Shown piece by piece: positions 26,951 to 40,227 of a stretch of 64,000 bases of DNA. This DNA is from Eledone cirrhosa (lineage: Eukaryota): contig OZ024740.1 of NCBI GenBank assembly GCA_964016885.1, positions 397,296,001 through 397,360,000 on the forward strand. Reading direction: 5' to 3'. How positions within the stretch are numbered: the stretch's first letter is position 1; each line of letters opens with the position of its first letter. The translations under genes and the position numbers were made by a program. The notes under the pieces were generated by a model, which worked only from the letters and a program-made list of their open reading frames with translations, searched no databases and had not been told where the DNA came from.

Positions 26951-27337
26951 TATATTTGTGAAGCCGTATTTGTTTTATTATACATATTTTGGGGGCAACC
27001 AGGGCAAGTTTTGGTGCACTTTCATCAGATGAAGTGCAGATTTGTTTTGTAAATAAATATTGACATCCCGGAAAAAAGACAACCTTAACGGTTGGAGCTT
27101 CCTGGATGTGTATGTCAATATTTATTTGTGGAGCAGATCTGTGTTTTGTCTGATGAAGGCGCACCGTGGTTTGCCTTGGTTGCCCTTGAAATATGTATAA
27201 TAGGGTAGATGTGGTTTTGTAAATGTAGTTTCCATTTATTAATATATTGTGTATTTACTCCACTAATCTGTTGAGTGCTTTATATCAGTTATAAAAAATG
27301 TTTAAGCTTGTTGAATCCCAACAAATTAAATATAACC
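26951..27337 (+). mobile_element. Penelope-type fold-back pLTR element with hammerheads, A-to-G hypermutated
   Basis: Arms 26951-27066 and 27112-27226 are inverted; homologous to 45270-46023; hammerhead CTGATGA at 27150-27156 and GAAA at 27188-27191. Confidence 0.85.
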
Positions 27338-27928
27338 TCATCATCATCACCGTTTTATGTCCCTTCTTCCACGCTAACATGGGTTAGACAGGTTGTCCTG
27401 TTGTGGGCAGTAGCTGATTGGTGACCATGCCTTGCTCATACGGGAACTGATTCTAGCTTGATTTCTACAGCTGGATGCCCTTCCTAACACCAACCTCATT
27501 TACAGTGAGTGCTGGGTGCTTTTTCCATGACGCCTACACGTCCACTTTACAGTGTGGGCTGGGTGCTTTTTTACTGTGGCACCTCCACGACCACCTTGCA
27601 GTGGGAGGGTGTGGGGGCATATTGTCTATATGCTTCAGCTTGTACCCATGGGAGGTCGAGTACTCTGTATTACTGCGTGACGCCAGAAGTCACGGTCATG
27701 TGTCATCACCTTTGAGAGGTGTAATTGGGTAAGGTCGGCTTTTATCACCTCATCCCAGGTCATCTTGGGTCTCCCCACTCCGCGGTTTCCATTGACTTCT
27801 AGTGGTCTGCACCTTTTTATGCAGCTGTCATCCTTCATACGCATCACATGTCCATACCAACGCAACCGCCTCTCCTGCACACAGCATTTGATTCCTCTTA
27901 TGCTCAGTCTCTCTCTCAATTCACTCTG
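27338..27928 (-). mobile_element. RTE LINE 3' fragment (subfamily B)
   Basis: ERLSIRGIKCCVQERRLRWYGHVMRM...GRPKMTW; 3'UTR and CAT tail. Confidence 0.9.
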
Positions 27929-28196
27929 CTTATATATATATATATATATTATGGAGAGTAGGGACCCGATGGCTGAGCTTTTGTCATTTCAACAGCTAAT
28001 TCCAGCTAGTATGACTCTGGAACTATCTGTTGAAACAGCAAGAGCTCGGCCGTCGGGTCCTGGCTCTGTATAATATAACCATACTCTACTACCCTAGGTA
28101 TCGATGCTCTGTTGAGTAATGGTCTAACCAATTTCAAACTGAATCCATCCTGATTTCTATCTATCTATCTATCTATCTTTCTTTATATATATATAT

Positions 28197-28600
28197 AAGG
28201 AGATCTTTGGCGGTACGCAGTAATACAGAAGACCCGCCTTGCTTATGTACAAAGCGAAACCTCTTAACCAAATATACACCCCAATCCACTACCCCTACCC
28301 TATCCTCCCACTCCCACCAACAGCACGAGATAATGAGATCGAGATCGTGTAGGTGTCACAACAAAAAACACAGTTCACGCTGTAATGTGACCGTGTAGGT
28401 AACACGGTAAAAAGTTCCCAGTTCCACACTGTAAATGTGGTTGGTGTTAGGAAGGGCATCCAGCCGTAGAAAACCTGCCAGATAGTCCTATATGAGCGAG
28501 ACACAGTCACCCGACCAGCCTTGCCTCAAATGGATCAACTCCTGTCTAACCCATGCTAGCGGGGAAAATGGATGTTAAACGAAGATGATGATGATGATGA
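28197..28600 (+). mobile_element. RTE LINE 3' end (subfamily A)
   Basis: Reverse-complement homolog of 1515-1985; GAT tail. Confidence 0.85.
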
Positions 28601-28623
28601 TATATATATATATATATATATAC

Positions 28624-28870
28624 CATCATCATCATCGTTTAATGTCCATCTTCCACGCTAGCATGAGTTAGACAGTTTTGTTCCATATGATGCGGGATTG
28701 GTCGGCAGACTGTGTCTCGCTTGTACAGAACTGTCTCTGGCAGGTTTTCTACGGCCAGATGCCCTTCCTAACAGCAACCACATTTACAGCGTGGACTGGG
28801 GGGCCTTTTACCATGACACTTATACGACCACCTTACAGTGTGGACTGGGTGCTTTTTGTTGTGTCACCAA
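28624..28870 (-). mobile_element. RTE 3'UTR-derived fragment
   Basis: CAT tail and GATGCCCTTCCTAACA...ACATTTACAG motif shared with the RTE copies. Confidence 0.75.
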
Positions 28871-29810
28871 CATAAAATATACCACTGAGTGGTGAGTTAG
28901 ATGTGTTGTAGCTTATCTCAAAACTCTGTTGGTGCATTCTGTGATCTATTTTAATGCCTCACTGTCCAGTGTTGAAGTTTTATAATTATCAATTTTATAA
29001 TTTCTCTCTCGGTCTTCAATGAACTAAGTATCTGTAATTCCAATATAGCAGTATAATACTAATTAATATAGCCCTAGTTTACATATCATGGCTAATTCAT
29101 ATTATCAAATTGCTTTATCTGGAAAGATAGTTTTGTATCTAATCAAAAGAAATCCTTCATTAATTTACTTGAAACTCGGAAGAACTGCAATAGCTCAATA
29201 ATTTGATTAGTTGTATTCATTGCATTAGAAGGTAGCTTGCTACAGAGGCATGAAACTAAATATATTGGTTTATGGTCATGTCATGTTTACAGTTATATCA
29301 CATATTTGTTCTCATTTGATTACTGATGTTAAGCAATTTGAAGCCTAGTTAGTACTTAGATGGATGACCTCCATGGGAACATAGATTATGTAAGCACCTT
29401 TATTCAACAACAAATTGGTAGAGTCACTAGAGTATTGAATAAAATACCTTGCAGTATTTGTTCTGACATTCAGCACTTTAAGTTCAAATTCTGCAAGGGA
29501 AACTCCACCTTTCATCCTTTTGTGATCAATAAAATAAATACCAGTATAAGGCAGTGAGTTGGCAGAACTGTTAGAGCACTGAATGAGATGCCTTGTGGTA
29601 TTTGTTCCATCTCTTTACATACTGAGTTCAAAGCTTGCTGTGGCCTATTGTGATGGTAGATTTAATCCACCACCTGACTCTTGGTTGCGTAACAAGCATT
29701 TCAGTCAAGTCTCCAGTCTGAGGATTCTTTTTTTTTTCTTCCTTCATCCCAAAATCTCAAAAGCCCTGAAACTTTTCATGAGATTTTCCCTTCTCTCCCA
29801 AACTAAACTG

Positions 29811-29862
<52 letters not shown>

Positions 29863-29997
29863 TGTAAAAAGGAAACAGCTTTTCTTTCAAACATTTTTCA
29901 TTAAAACACAACTGCATTAAAGTTTAATTTTTTATCAAGTTTAAACTTTTTTCTTTTCAAATATTATAAAAATGATTCAGTACAATTGTGTTTCAAC

Positions 29998-30000
<3 letters not shown>

Positions 30001-30086
<86 letters not shown>
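30001..30086. repeat. (AC)n microsatellite
   Basis: Direct inspection; (TA)n nearby at 29814-29858. Confidence 0.95.
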
Positions 30087-30091
<5 letters not shown>

Positions 30092-32784
30092 GTATAATAA
30101 AAATTTCATGCACTTGAAATGTATGCGTGTTTAGGATTTTGCAAGGATTATACTCACTCAACAAATATCTAAGCTTCAAGACTGAAATATTTAGATATTG
30201 TTTGCATCATCAGGCCATCTCCTGTTCAACTGAAAACCCACATCACAATTACACATATATCACATTACCATACATACAAACATAAGGAAATAGGTTTTTA
30301 AAAGAGGTTTTAAGCCTTATAAATCACTTTACATGCTAGCTAGCACACATACAATACTTTTTTTTTTTTTTGCGTGTTCAGATTTTAATAATTGGGAAAC
30401 GTTTAGAAGTGATTTAAGTGCTTGAGGAATAACTTACAAACTAAGTAACACACATACATTTATAAATATTTCCCAATAGGAATTACCTCCCTTCGTTCCT
30501 CAAGGACGAACAAGCTACGATCTCTAAGGTGGTGAGATTTTTTAAAAAATTAGCTTACAACTCAAGTCACGTGCATATTACATACACACACAGATTAATT
30601 TATAACTTAAGTCATGCACATATTATGCAAATGCATGTTTCAAAGTTTCTAGCCCTGAACCTCAAAACCTAAGGTTGCGCATATATGTTAAGTGTATGAA
30701 ATAATGAAAATTATTATGTACAGTGCTCAAGTGCACTACAACTGCCAGGAAAGTGAACAGTGTATGAGTCATGATATAACCACAGATATATCACATTTGT
30801 ATGGAGGGGAATATCAGGTGTAGTGTTGGTAAATTTCAGGAAACATGGAAGTTTTGAAGGATGTAGTGTCCCAACAGCTAACAACTGTTGCAGGTTGTTT
30901 GTTCCATGCTTCAGCAACACTGAGCATCAAAAAATGTGAAGCAGTTATAAAATAAAATATTATTTTGTATCTTGTAGTTGGTATTGTGTTTTGTGTAATG
31001 TATGTATTGTGTATGTGTGTATCAACAGAGGTCACCAATATAGCAAGTAATAGTAACCAGTTTATGAAGTAAGATAAAATAATGTCGACAACAATTTGTT
31101 GTTTGTTGTAACAATAGATGTAATTTATTAACAAAGGTTGAAGTGAGTTGAGCTGGCATGCCAAACAAATGAAACAAACAAAATTAAGGTTTCAGAAGGC
31201 ACGGTCCACTGGTTGAAGTGTTGGCCAGGCTGCGGTTAACTGTTGTATTACATATTGGTTAATGTTTGCGGAGCAAAAGAAAAATTGGTGTTTATCTTAC
31301 CACAGTCAAAGTTCAAAGAAAATTAGTTTATTAAAAGTTGCGGGGAAGGTCTGATTGACCTAACTTAGCCAAATCACACACGGACAGGGTATCAATGGGC
31401 CAAAGGAAAGTAGCTTGCTACAAATGTTTCCAAAAGTCATGGGAGCTGTGCTGTTTTCTGACCTTGTAAGCATGTTCTTAGTGTTAGACACATGAAATTT
31501 CAATCAAACTAAATAAGCTCTCTTGAAATAGATTGAGCATTGTTTTCCTTGGCTTTTTATCGACAGATATCCTGCATAGAACAATGGGCTAGTAAAATAG
31601 ATTGGTTATTAGCTAATCTATTTACCTCATTACTAGCCCATTGTCCTGGTTAATCAATGGTACCTGCCACTCCTTGTTATATATCTTACTCCAATCCACA
31701 CTCATTTTAATTATCTCACTCACATTTTCCCAGTTTGTTACTCCAGTTAAGAGTGATAGATAAACACCCCATCCTTCCACTTACATTCATTTTACTTCTC
31801 CTACTATCACTCCCTCAGTCTCTACTTGTCTCTTGACAGCCTCCTACTACCTCACTACCTCTTTAGTGTGACAGGGAATAAACACATGAAGCTAATTATT
31901 ATATATGGATTATTTCAGCTTAGTTGTTGCTTTTTCTCTATTACAAATTCCATATTTATATTTTATATCAGTGGTATCTAAAATGGACTGAGGGAATAAT
32001 GCATAATTTAATGCTAGTATAAACTCATATTGTATGATTTACTTTTACAATTATGCAACTCTATGCTTGTATTTTGTATACCTGTTATCTGTATCTTCAT
32101 TGAGTTTATTTTTTTATTTCTAACTCTATATAGAAATAATCAATGGGGATCTTTTAGAGAAATTTTGGTTCGTAAAGTGGGAGGTTATAAAAACAAGTTG
32201 TATCCAAGAGGCTTTATTCATCATTAATTCTAAAGAGAAAGTGGTGAACTTGTTGACTATGGAAACTGCATTAAGTTTAGTTATTTTCAGCTGAGCATTA
32301 TGGAGAATAAAAAACAAATTAGATTCTTATTCATCATAAAGTTAAAATGAAATATAATAGCAGGGATAGGCCATTGGTAATAAAAAGGGATATACTAAGC
32401 ATTGTAATAAAGAACATACATTGTTGATAAAATAAATTATATGTATTTCATTGATTTGATATAATGTTTATAGAAATTGAAGAGAGGAAAATATGAAATG
32501 GATTGAAAGAGTTGTTGTTATTTAGACTCAGTTCAGCACTGATCAAACAAATCTATGATGAAAGCTTTTCAGCCAATACCAATCTGACTTTTCCCTATAC
32601 ACAAGCAACCTATGACCACTAATACTGTGCGGTGTGGTTTGAAAGAGATTTGGCTGCTCTTTCTAGTAGGGGAAGCAGCCATATAAAAGATCCATCATTG
32701 TATTTTATAGAAAAAGTTGTATAATATAGGTAGCATACTCTGAATATATAGATAGATATGCATTACACTGCATTATAAGATATA

Positions 32785-32973
32785 ATTGTTTCTACTTTTG
32801 GCACAAGGCCAGCAATTATCCAGTACATTACTGGTACTTTATTTTATCGACCCCATAAGGATGAAAGGCAAAGTTAACCTCGGCGGGATTTGAACTCAGA
32901 ATGGCAAGGGCCGTAACTCTATGCGCCAAAGCATGGCGTCCAACCCTCTACCGATACTGCCAATTCACCGCCC
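32785..32973 (-). mobile_element. SINE family 2 copy
   Basis: Full-length reverse complement of the 23568-23760 type; TATAAGATATAAT present on both flanks (probable TSD). Confidence 0.85.
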
Positions 32974-35900
32974 TATAAGATATAATGCTATTACATTGTC
33001 CCACACAACACATGCTAAACATCATAATAATGTGAACCAGAAACCAAATTTTTTTATATAAATGCAATATGTATAAATGATAATATGTATCTATAACTAA
33101 TGCAGAATATGTTAAAGGCTGGGAAAATTCATTGTAGGTAGATTAGTATAATATTATGAATAGTTCAGCCGGGAAGCTCTTTCTTGTAAACAGAGATAGT
33201 AACTCCCTGAACTTTTTCCATCATAGTCTTATTCTAGCTACTATGCCCTCAGAATACCTCTTCGGCAGCTAATTAGATCACCTAGGCAACAAAAGCTATG
33301 AACCACATCTATGGATCTAAAATACATGCTAGTATCAGAAATTTTGTGACAGTAGACTAGTTCCCATGTGAAAGGTATTTTTCTTCTCAATAGTGCCAAA
33401 ACTAGAGTTGAAAACTAGTCTTGTAAGTCTGTGTGGTTTTATGAAAGGATAAATTCATGAATTGATCATGATTGCAGTACTATTTAGGGAAAAAAAGGAA
33501 ACTAAGCTTTCCTAATACAATGTTTGTAATGTTAAGAATATAGCATGACCATAAATTAATTGTAGACTCAGTGCAGCATTTTGATGTAGCATTTTAAATT
33601 GTTTCCAAACTTCACTGATTCTTCTAGTGATATTATCAAACTCAATTGGTTTAGTAGAAGAAAGAAAGAAAGAAATGTAGTTTCATAGAAAATATGTATT
33701 ACTACCAAATTCCATCAAGCCAGATTTCAAAGTGGTCAATGACCTACTTGAGGTGAAGTAACTATAATTTGCTCCAAGTATTTAATTTGCCAATTTATGC
33801 TCTATGTATTTTCGACCTATAGTAATAACGACTTCTCACAACAAATGTGCTGAAACTTCTTATGAAAGTTGACTGTGATCTATTAACTGATTGCATGAAT
33901 AATTATTCTTATATTATCTAAAGTTTTTAAATCAAAAGTGTTCTTTCTTAAAGGAAACAACTACTACACTAAACAATACTTTTTATTGTTGTAGTTTCTA
34001 TCTGATAGTATATTTTATAGAAATTCAATGTTATTGTAGCTGAGAAGCCAATTACACAACATAAGATTTTATTAAAATTGGCAAAATCTTCCTGGAGCAA
34101 GTTGAATATTTTCTTGGGAATTAAAAAAGTTTCAGGCAAATAGAAAACACAACAATTATATTTAGTGCTATAAGAGAACTTTAAGGCAGCAAGTTAGATA
34201 GAATACTTTGCAGTATTGCACTCTGAGATTAACTTTATCTTTCATCCTTTTGTGGTTGATAGATATAGTACCAGTTCAATATTGAGATCGATTCTTCTTC
34301 AAAATCACTCTCTCTCTCTCTCACTCACTGGGAGAAATCAGCTGTGTTCAGATATGGAGAGGGGTGGGTTCAACTAGGTTTTAATGTCCAAGATTCGTTG
34401 TATGTCATGACAGCACACCTATAATTCCATCAAGAATTCAGGGCTAAAAGAAAACTTTTCTGAATAATAAAACATAAGCCAGTAGTTTATATAGTATACA
34501 ATAACATTGATATAGTAGAAGTATCAGAGGTAGATTAAGCTACCCTATCAACAATAGGAGTGAGGAGTAAAATAATATTCAAAATTTGCAGAGGTAGAAC
34601 ATTTTCTAATATTATTGATTACCATTTTCTCTCTATGTACACAAGATGTTATGTATACAATAGATATATCAAATTCTGTACTGAAATATGAACAGTGAAG
34701 ATTGATGAGTTGCAAATGTTAAAAAGATTAATGGTATATATATGTATATACACACACACATGTATATATATATATATATATATATACATAAATATCTCCT
34801 AAGGTAATCATTGCTAGGGTGGGAGTAGGCATGAGAATCTACTCTCTACTAAAATTCCCCAAATGACTTGCATCTCATATAGTCACTGATAATGAAAACC
34901 CCACTCCTGGCCTTCCTATGACAGTATTTTTGGAACTGACAAGGAAAAGAGGCAAATGTGAGTTACTGGCACATTAAAACCAGTTGCTCCTGGTAGACAG
35001 AACTCATCATCCATGGGTGGTAGTCCCTCTATGAGTGGTGTCACTCTGATTTCAAAACTAGAGTAGGTAGGACTCCTTAATCATAATTATGAGAACCCAT
35101 CTGTGAAATCCCCTGGCTGGTGTCAAGGCATGCAGTAATTCCATTGGGAGTAAAGGACCTCAATCTGTTGTTATGCTATTATTCTAAGAGAAGGAAACTC
35201 TGAAATGAAACCAGTGGGTTACAGGATTACTGATCATCTTACTTGTGCGTATCATCAAATAAAAATCACTGAGATATAGAGAATGGCGCTCATGTTGTAC
35301 AAGTGTTTGTCCCTATAACTCATGATGTACAGATGTCTCTTTTGAAATCTTATCAGTCATTCTTTCTCTCCAGCCAATGCAGGCCAGGACTTTGAAATTC
35401 TTGGCACTATATAGACATTGAGCCTATTGCTTGCTGCAGCATTTCGGTGTCACACAAATTTGTGCAAATGAAATACCACCACTTTCCTTGTTTAGTCACC
35501 TCGAGAGACATAATGTAAATGGGAGCAGTGACGTTTACACAGTAACCTCTGCTGATGTGTCCCATGTTTGGTTATTGTCAGTGCCTGGGGGTGAGGTCTT
35601 GGTCTTGCCTTTCATTACAGGATTGAAAGGTCACCTCTATACAATCATGAGAGGGTGCAAGACTTGCAGGAATGACTGAGGTGATGTTGAGATGGCTATC
35701 ATCTGACAAGATGGTAGCCATCATCATTGAGAGACAGAAAGATAAAAACCTGACCACAGCACCTATCAGTTTCAGCTTGTATATGGCAAGCCTTTTTAAG
35801 GGGTGTATAAATACATATATATAGAGAGAGAGAGGGAGAGAGAGATACATGTATACACACACACAGATAGATATATAAAAGACACAAAACAGATGTAGGA

Positions 35901-37415
35901 AGTTAGTTCATTGTTTTACGATCGTTTCAGAGCATCGATTGATCATGGGAGATTGATGTATCTCCCATGCATATATGTAAATGACTCTATAACCTGGATG
36001 GATCTTCTTCGAGGTTACCTTAAGTATTGATCACCTACCACAAAAACTACAGGTTACACTGCCTAATCTCGCTGCAACTATCTTTCCAAGGACACATTTA
36101 TTTCTGACAACATTATCAGCCCCACCACAACCAGGTGGAATACAATATATATATATATATATATATATAAACTTAATCAGTAAATGGCATGTGGTGCACA
36201 GCTTACAATGGATGCTTTAGGATTTCATGAACAGGCCTTCATAAGCATCTTCCTTTACATCTCAGTATATATTCTATGACAACACAATTCACAACAAGGA
36301 TTTAGTAGCAACACCACAAAATAATAATCTAATACCACTACAGCATATATTGCTCCTTATTATCAAGGTGAAGAAATTCTACACCAGCTGACAATTTCAC
36401 TTTTCTGTTTGCATCCAAAGAGTCTTATAAATGAGTTTCCATTTGATAACATACTTATTTATATAGAATCTAGTTTTCCTGCTTATAATAATGAGCAAAT
36501 ATCCTACTGTCCACATATCAGAAAATGTTGAAGAGATAACGGTTTCTATTGATCTTCTTTGCACCTCATTAACTTAGGAACATTTATTTGAGCCAGTAAA
36601 CATCCTATGTGGTAATTTAGTATTTTGGTATTGAGAGGATAAATATATTGCAATATATAGTTACATCCTTTTACATTCTCAATTCAAATCCTAGTGAGTT
36701 GATTAGAGTCTACCTTTCATCTTTCCAGTAATATGCTGGGAGAGATGGACAATTTATTCAAAGATATATAGCTCATCCTAATAAATCTTTACCTTCTGTC
36801 AAAATAAGAAATAAATCTTTGAGACACACAATGGAATATTGCCCTGACATGACCTGCTGCTATATCTGAACATCCTAGACCAGAACCAGAACCTCTAAAC
36901 CATAGACGCTCTTTTTCCCCTCTGCTTTTTTTACCACTACTACAATAACCTTTTCTCTTCTGTGCTATCTATCGTTGTTACTCTTCTTGTTGTTGTTTAG
37001 GCTGATTTAGTAGACCTATGATCTGATATTTTGACTATTTTCAGTTAGCAATTTTTCAACTTCTTTCTGCCTCATTTAAATAGTTTCTTGTTGTTTTTGT
37101 TTCTTTTCACCATGACATTCCTTATTATGGTAGTTTTTCCAAGCAATCTAAACAATAGACATGACACAATATCCTCATAGTGAAACAAAAACAGAAATTC
37201 ATATTTACATTTGAAACCTAGTTTCAAACAATTGTAAATTCTATGCAAGTGTTTTATGAGGTGACTCTAGTATGCCTGAAGTTTCTAAAGTAATTATAAG
37301 TTTATCTACGTGAAAACAAGCAGTAGCAGCACCATAATTTGATGTGAGGCAATGATCTTTGCTTCATCCTTATCTTTTATTTATCAACTAATGATTTATA
37401 TAAATGATATGTGCG

Positions 37416-38244
37416 TATCATCATCATCATCATCATCACCGTTTTACGTCCGTTCTTCCACGCTAGCATGGGTTAGACGGGTTGTCCTGTTGTGGGCAGT
37501 GTCTGGTCGGCTGACTATGCCTTGCTCATACAGGAACTGATTTGGCTTGATTTCTACAGCTGGATGCCCTTCCTAACACCAACCTCATTTACAGTGAGTG
37601 CTGGGTGCTTTTCCGTGGCGCCTACACGTCCACTTTACAGTGTGGGCTGGGTGCTTTTTTGCCATGGCACCTCCACGACCACCTTGCAGTGGGGGGTGTG
37701 GGGGCATATTGTCTATATGCTTCAGCTTGTACCCATGGGAGGTCGGGTACTCTGTATTACTGCGTGACGCCAGAGGTCACGGTCGTGTGTCATCACCTTT
37801 GAGAGGTGTAATTGGGTAAGGTCGGCTTTTATCACCTCATCCCAGGTCATCTTGGGTCTCCCCACTCCGCGGTTTCCATTGACTTCTAGTGCTCTGCACC
37901 TTTTTATGCAGCTGTCATCCTTCATACGCATCACATGTCCATACCAACGCAACCGCCACCCCTGCACACAGCATTTGATTCCTCTTATGCTCAGTCTCTC
38001 TCTCAATTCATTTATGCTTTGTCGTTCGTGTATATTACTGTTACACATCCATCGGAGCATGCAGGTTTCGTTTCTCTCTAATCTACGTAAGTCTTCCACC
38101 TTCAGCGCCCAGGTCTCACTACCATGTAACATTGCTGTTCGGATACACGCATCATACAGTCTGCCTTTCATTTTGAGGGAGAAGCCTTTTGCAGCTAGCA
38201 GTGGTAGTAGTTCCTTAAACTTCTTCCATCCCATTCTTACCCTA
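37416..38244 (-). mobile_element. RTE LINE 3' fragment (subfamily B)
   Basis: RVRMGWKKFKELLPLL...KGRLYDACIRTAMLHGSETW...RLRWYGHV; CAT tail. Confidence 0.92.
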
Positions 38245-38801
38245 CAAATATGTATATATAGACCATGTGTGTATATATGTATATAACATCCAGCCCACAC
38301 TGTAAAGTGGACGCGTAAAAAGCATGGCAAAAAGCACCCAGCCCACACTGTCAATGTGGTTGGTGTTAGGAAGGGCATCCAGCCATAGAAAACCAACCAG
38401 AAACACTCCTGTATGAGCAATACATGGTCACTTGACCTAACTTGCCTCTAAATGGGACCATTCTAACCCATGCAGCATGGAAGATAGACGTTAATTGATG
38501 ATGATGATAAATAATTGGATTCTATACTCATTGATATTTCACATTTCAGTATTAATGCTATTGTGTGTAAAACTATGATATATCTGAGGTTGTGACTTGT
38601 GAGATGAAAAAGGTAAAACTCCATGAAATTGCCCAGTATCAAAGATGTTTTGGCTCTCCAAATGCCAGTGATCACCACACATCAAAAAATACTAAGCAAA
38701 CAATTCAAACACTGGAAGTTTGGTCAAATAAAGTAATGAGGCCAAAAAGTTCTTTCAAGACCATGCAATAAAGAAATTACCATGAAATTTGAATTTTATC
38801 G

Positions 38802-39790
38802 CATCATCATCATCATCATTGTTTAATATCTATTTTCCACACTAGCACGGGTTAGACAGGTTGTGCCATTTGAGGCAAGCCAGGTCAAGTAACCACGTCT
38901 TGCTCATACAGAATTATTTCTGGCTTGGTTTTTATGGCTAGATGCCCTTCCTAATGCCAACCACTTTACAGTGTGGACTGGATGTTTTTGTTATGAGACC
39001 TACATGACCACTTTACAGTGTGGATTGGGAACTGGGGCAAGGGTATAATGGCATGGGAGAAGGGTGGTGGGATCAGATGTGGGTGGGGTGTTATGGCGTG
39101 GGGGGGGTATGGAAGGGGGTAGAAGGGGGTTAAGTGGTTAAGAGGTCCATACTAGATGTATGCTTCTGTCAGTGCACATGGGGAGATGAGTCTTCATAAC
39201 GCCAAAGATCTTGATCCTGTGTCATTGTCTTTCAGAGGTGCAATTGTGCAAGGTCAGCTTTTATCACCTCATTCCAGGTCTTCCTACTCCATAGCTTCCA
39301 TCAACTTTGATTGTCCTGCACCTTTTTATACAGCTGTGATCCTTCCTTATCACATGGCCATATCAACACAATTTCCTCTCTTACACACTGCATCTGATCC
39401 CTCATATGCCCAATTTTTCTCTCAGTTCATTGACACTTTGCCGTTCATATATATTATTACTATTACACATGTAGGCTTCATTTCTTTCCAATCTTTGCAG
39501 GTCCTCTGCACACAGTGCCCAGGTCTCACTACCATGTATCATTGTTGTTTGTATACATGTGGCATACAATCTGCCCTTCATTTTGAGGGGAAAACCTTTT
39601 GAGGGGAAAACCAGCAGTAGTAGTTCTCTGAACTTTCTCCGGCTTGTTCTTACTCTGGTTACTGTACTTTCAAAACCCCCTCCTCCATTGCTGATTTGGT
39701 CACCCAAGTAATGGAAATTATCGACTATTTCTACAGAGCCATCTGGGCATTTGAAGGAGCTGGTATCCTGCGGGCTCTTACTACTTACTG
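38802..39790 (-). mobile_element. Older, diverged RTE LINE 3' fragment
   Basis: VEIVDNFHYLGDQIS...HGSETWALCAEDLQRLERNE; G-rich 3'UTR; CAT tail. Confidence 0.85.
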
Positions 39791-40018
39791 CAGTTTTCAT
39801 TCCAGTTGTGACGTTACTTCCTTAAGATCTATAAGGGCATGAACTGGCAAAGTTGTTAGAACATAGGATTGTCTGCTTTGCAGTAGTCATTTCAGTTCTT
39901 TGCGCTCTGAGTTCAAAACCTGCTGAAGTCAACTTTTCCTTTTATTCTTTCAATGTCAATTTTTAGGAAGAATCAATCCCCAATCCAGTACTGAGGACTG
40001 ATTCTTCCTCAAAATCTC

Positions 40019-40075
<57 letters not shown>

Positions 40076-40227
40076 TGAAGAAATCAGCTGTGTTCAGACA
40101 TGAAGAGGGGATTGACTCTGTCAAGTTTAAAATGCTCAAGACATGTTATATGTCACTACAGCACTTCTCCAGCAGGAGTTATGGGTCTATATATACATAC
40201 AAGATATATTATGGTTATCATCATCAT

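Noticed and set aside
35300-35790. Short ORFs as host exons
   Set aside because: More like a very old LINE remnant (a GYHLVR segment resembling WxGHxxR); too degraded to call.
35905-36020. Minus-strand GAAA-cgatcg-TA with an adjacent hairpin (hammerhead 3' half)
   Set aside because: No convincing CTGANGA core or stem I.
39035-39130. G-quadruplex-like G-rich tracts (also ~7000-7040 and ~44100-44145)
   Set aside because: Part of the RTE 3'UTR low-complexity segment; no locus-specific significance is evident.
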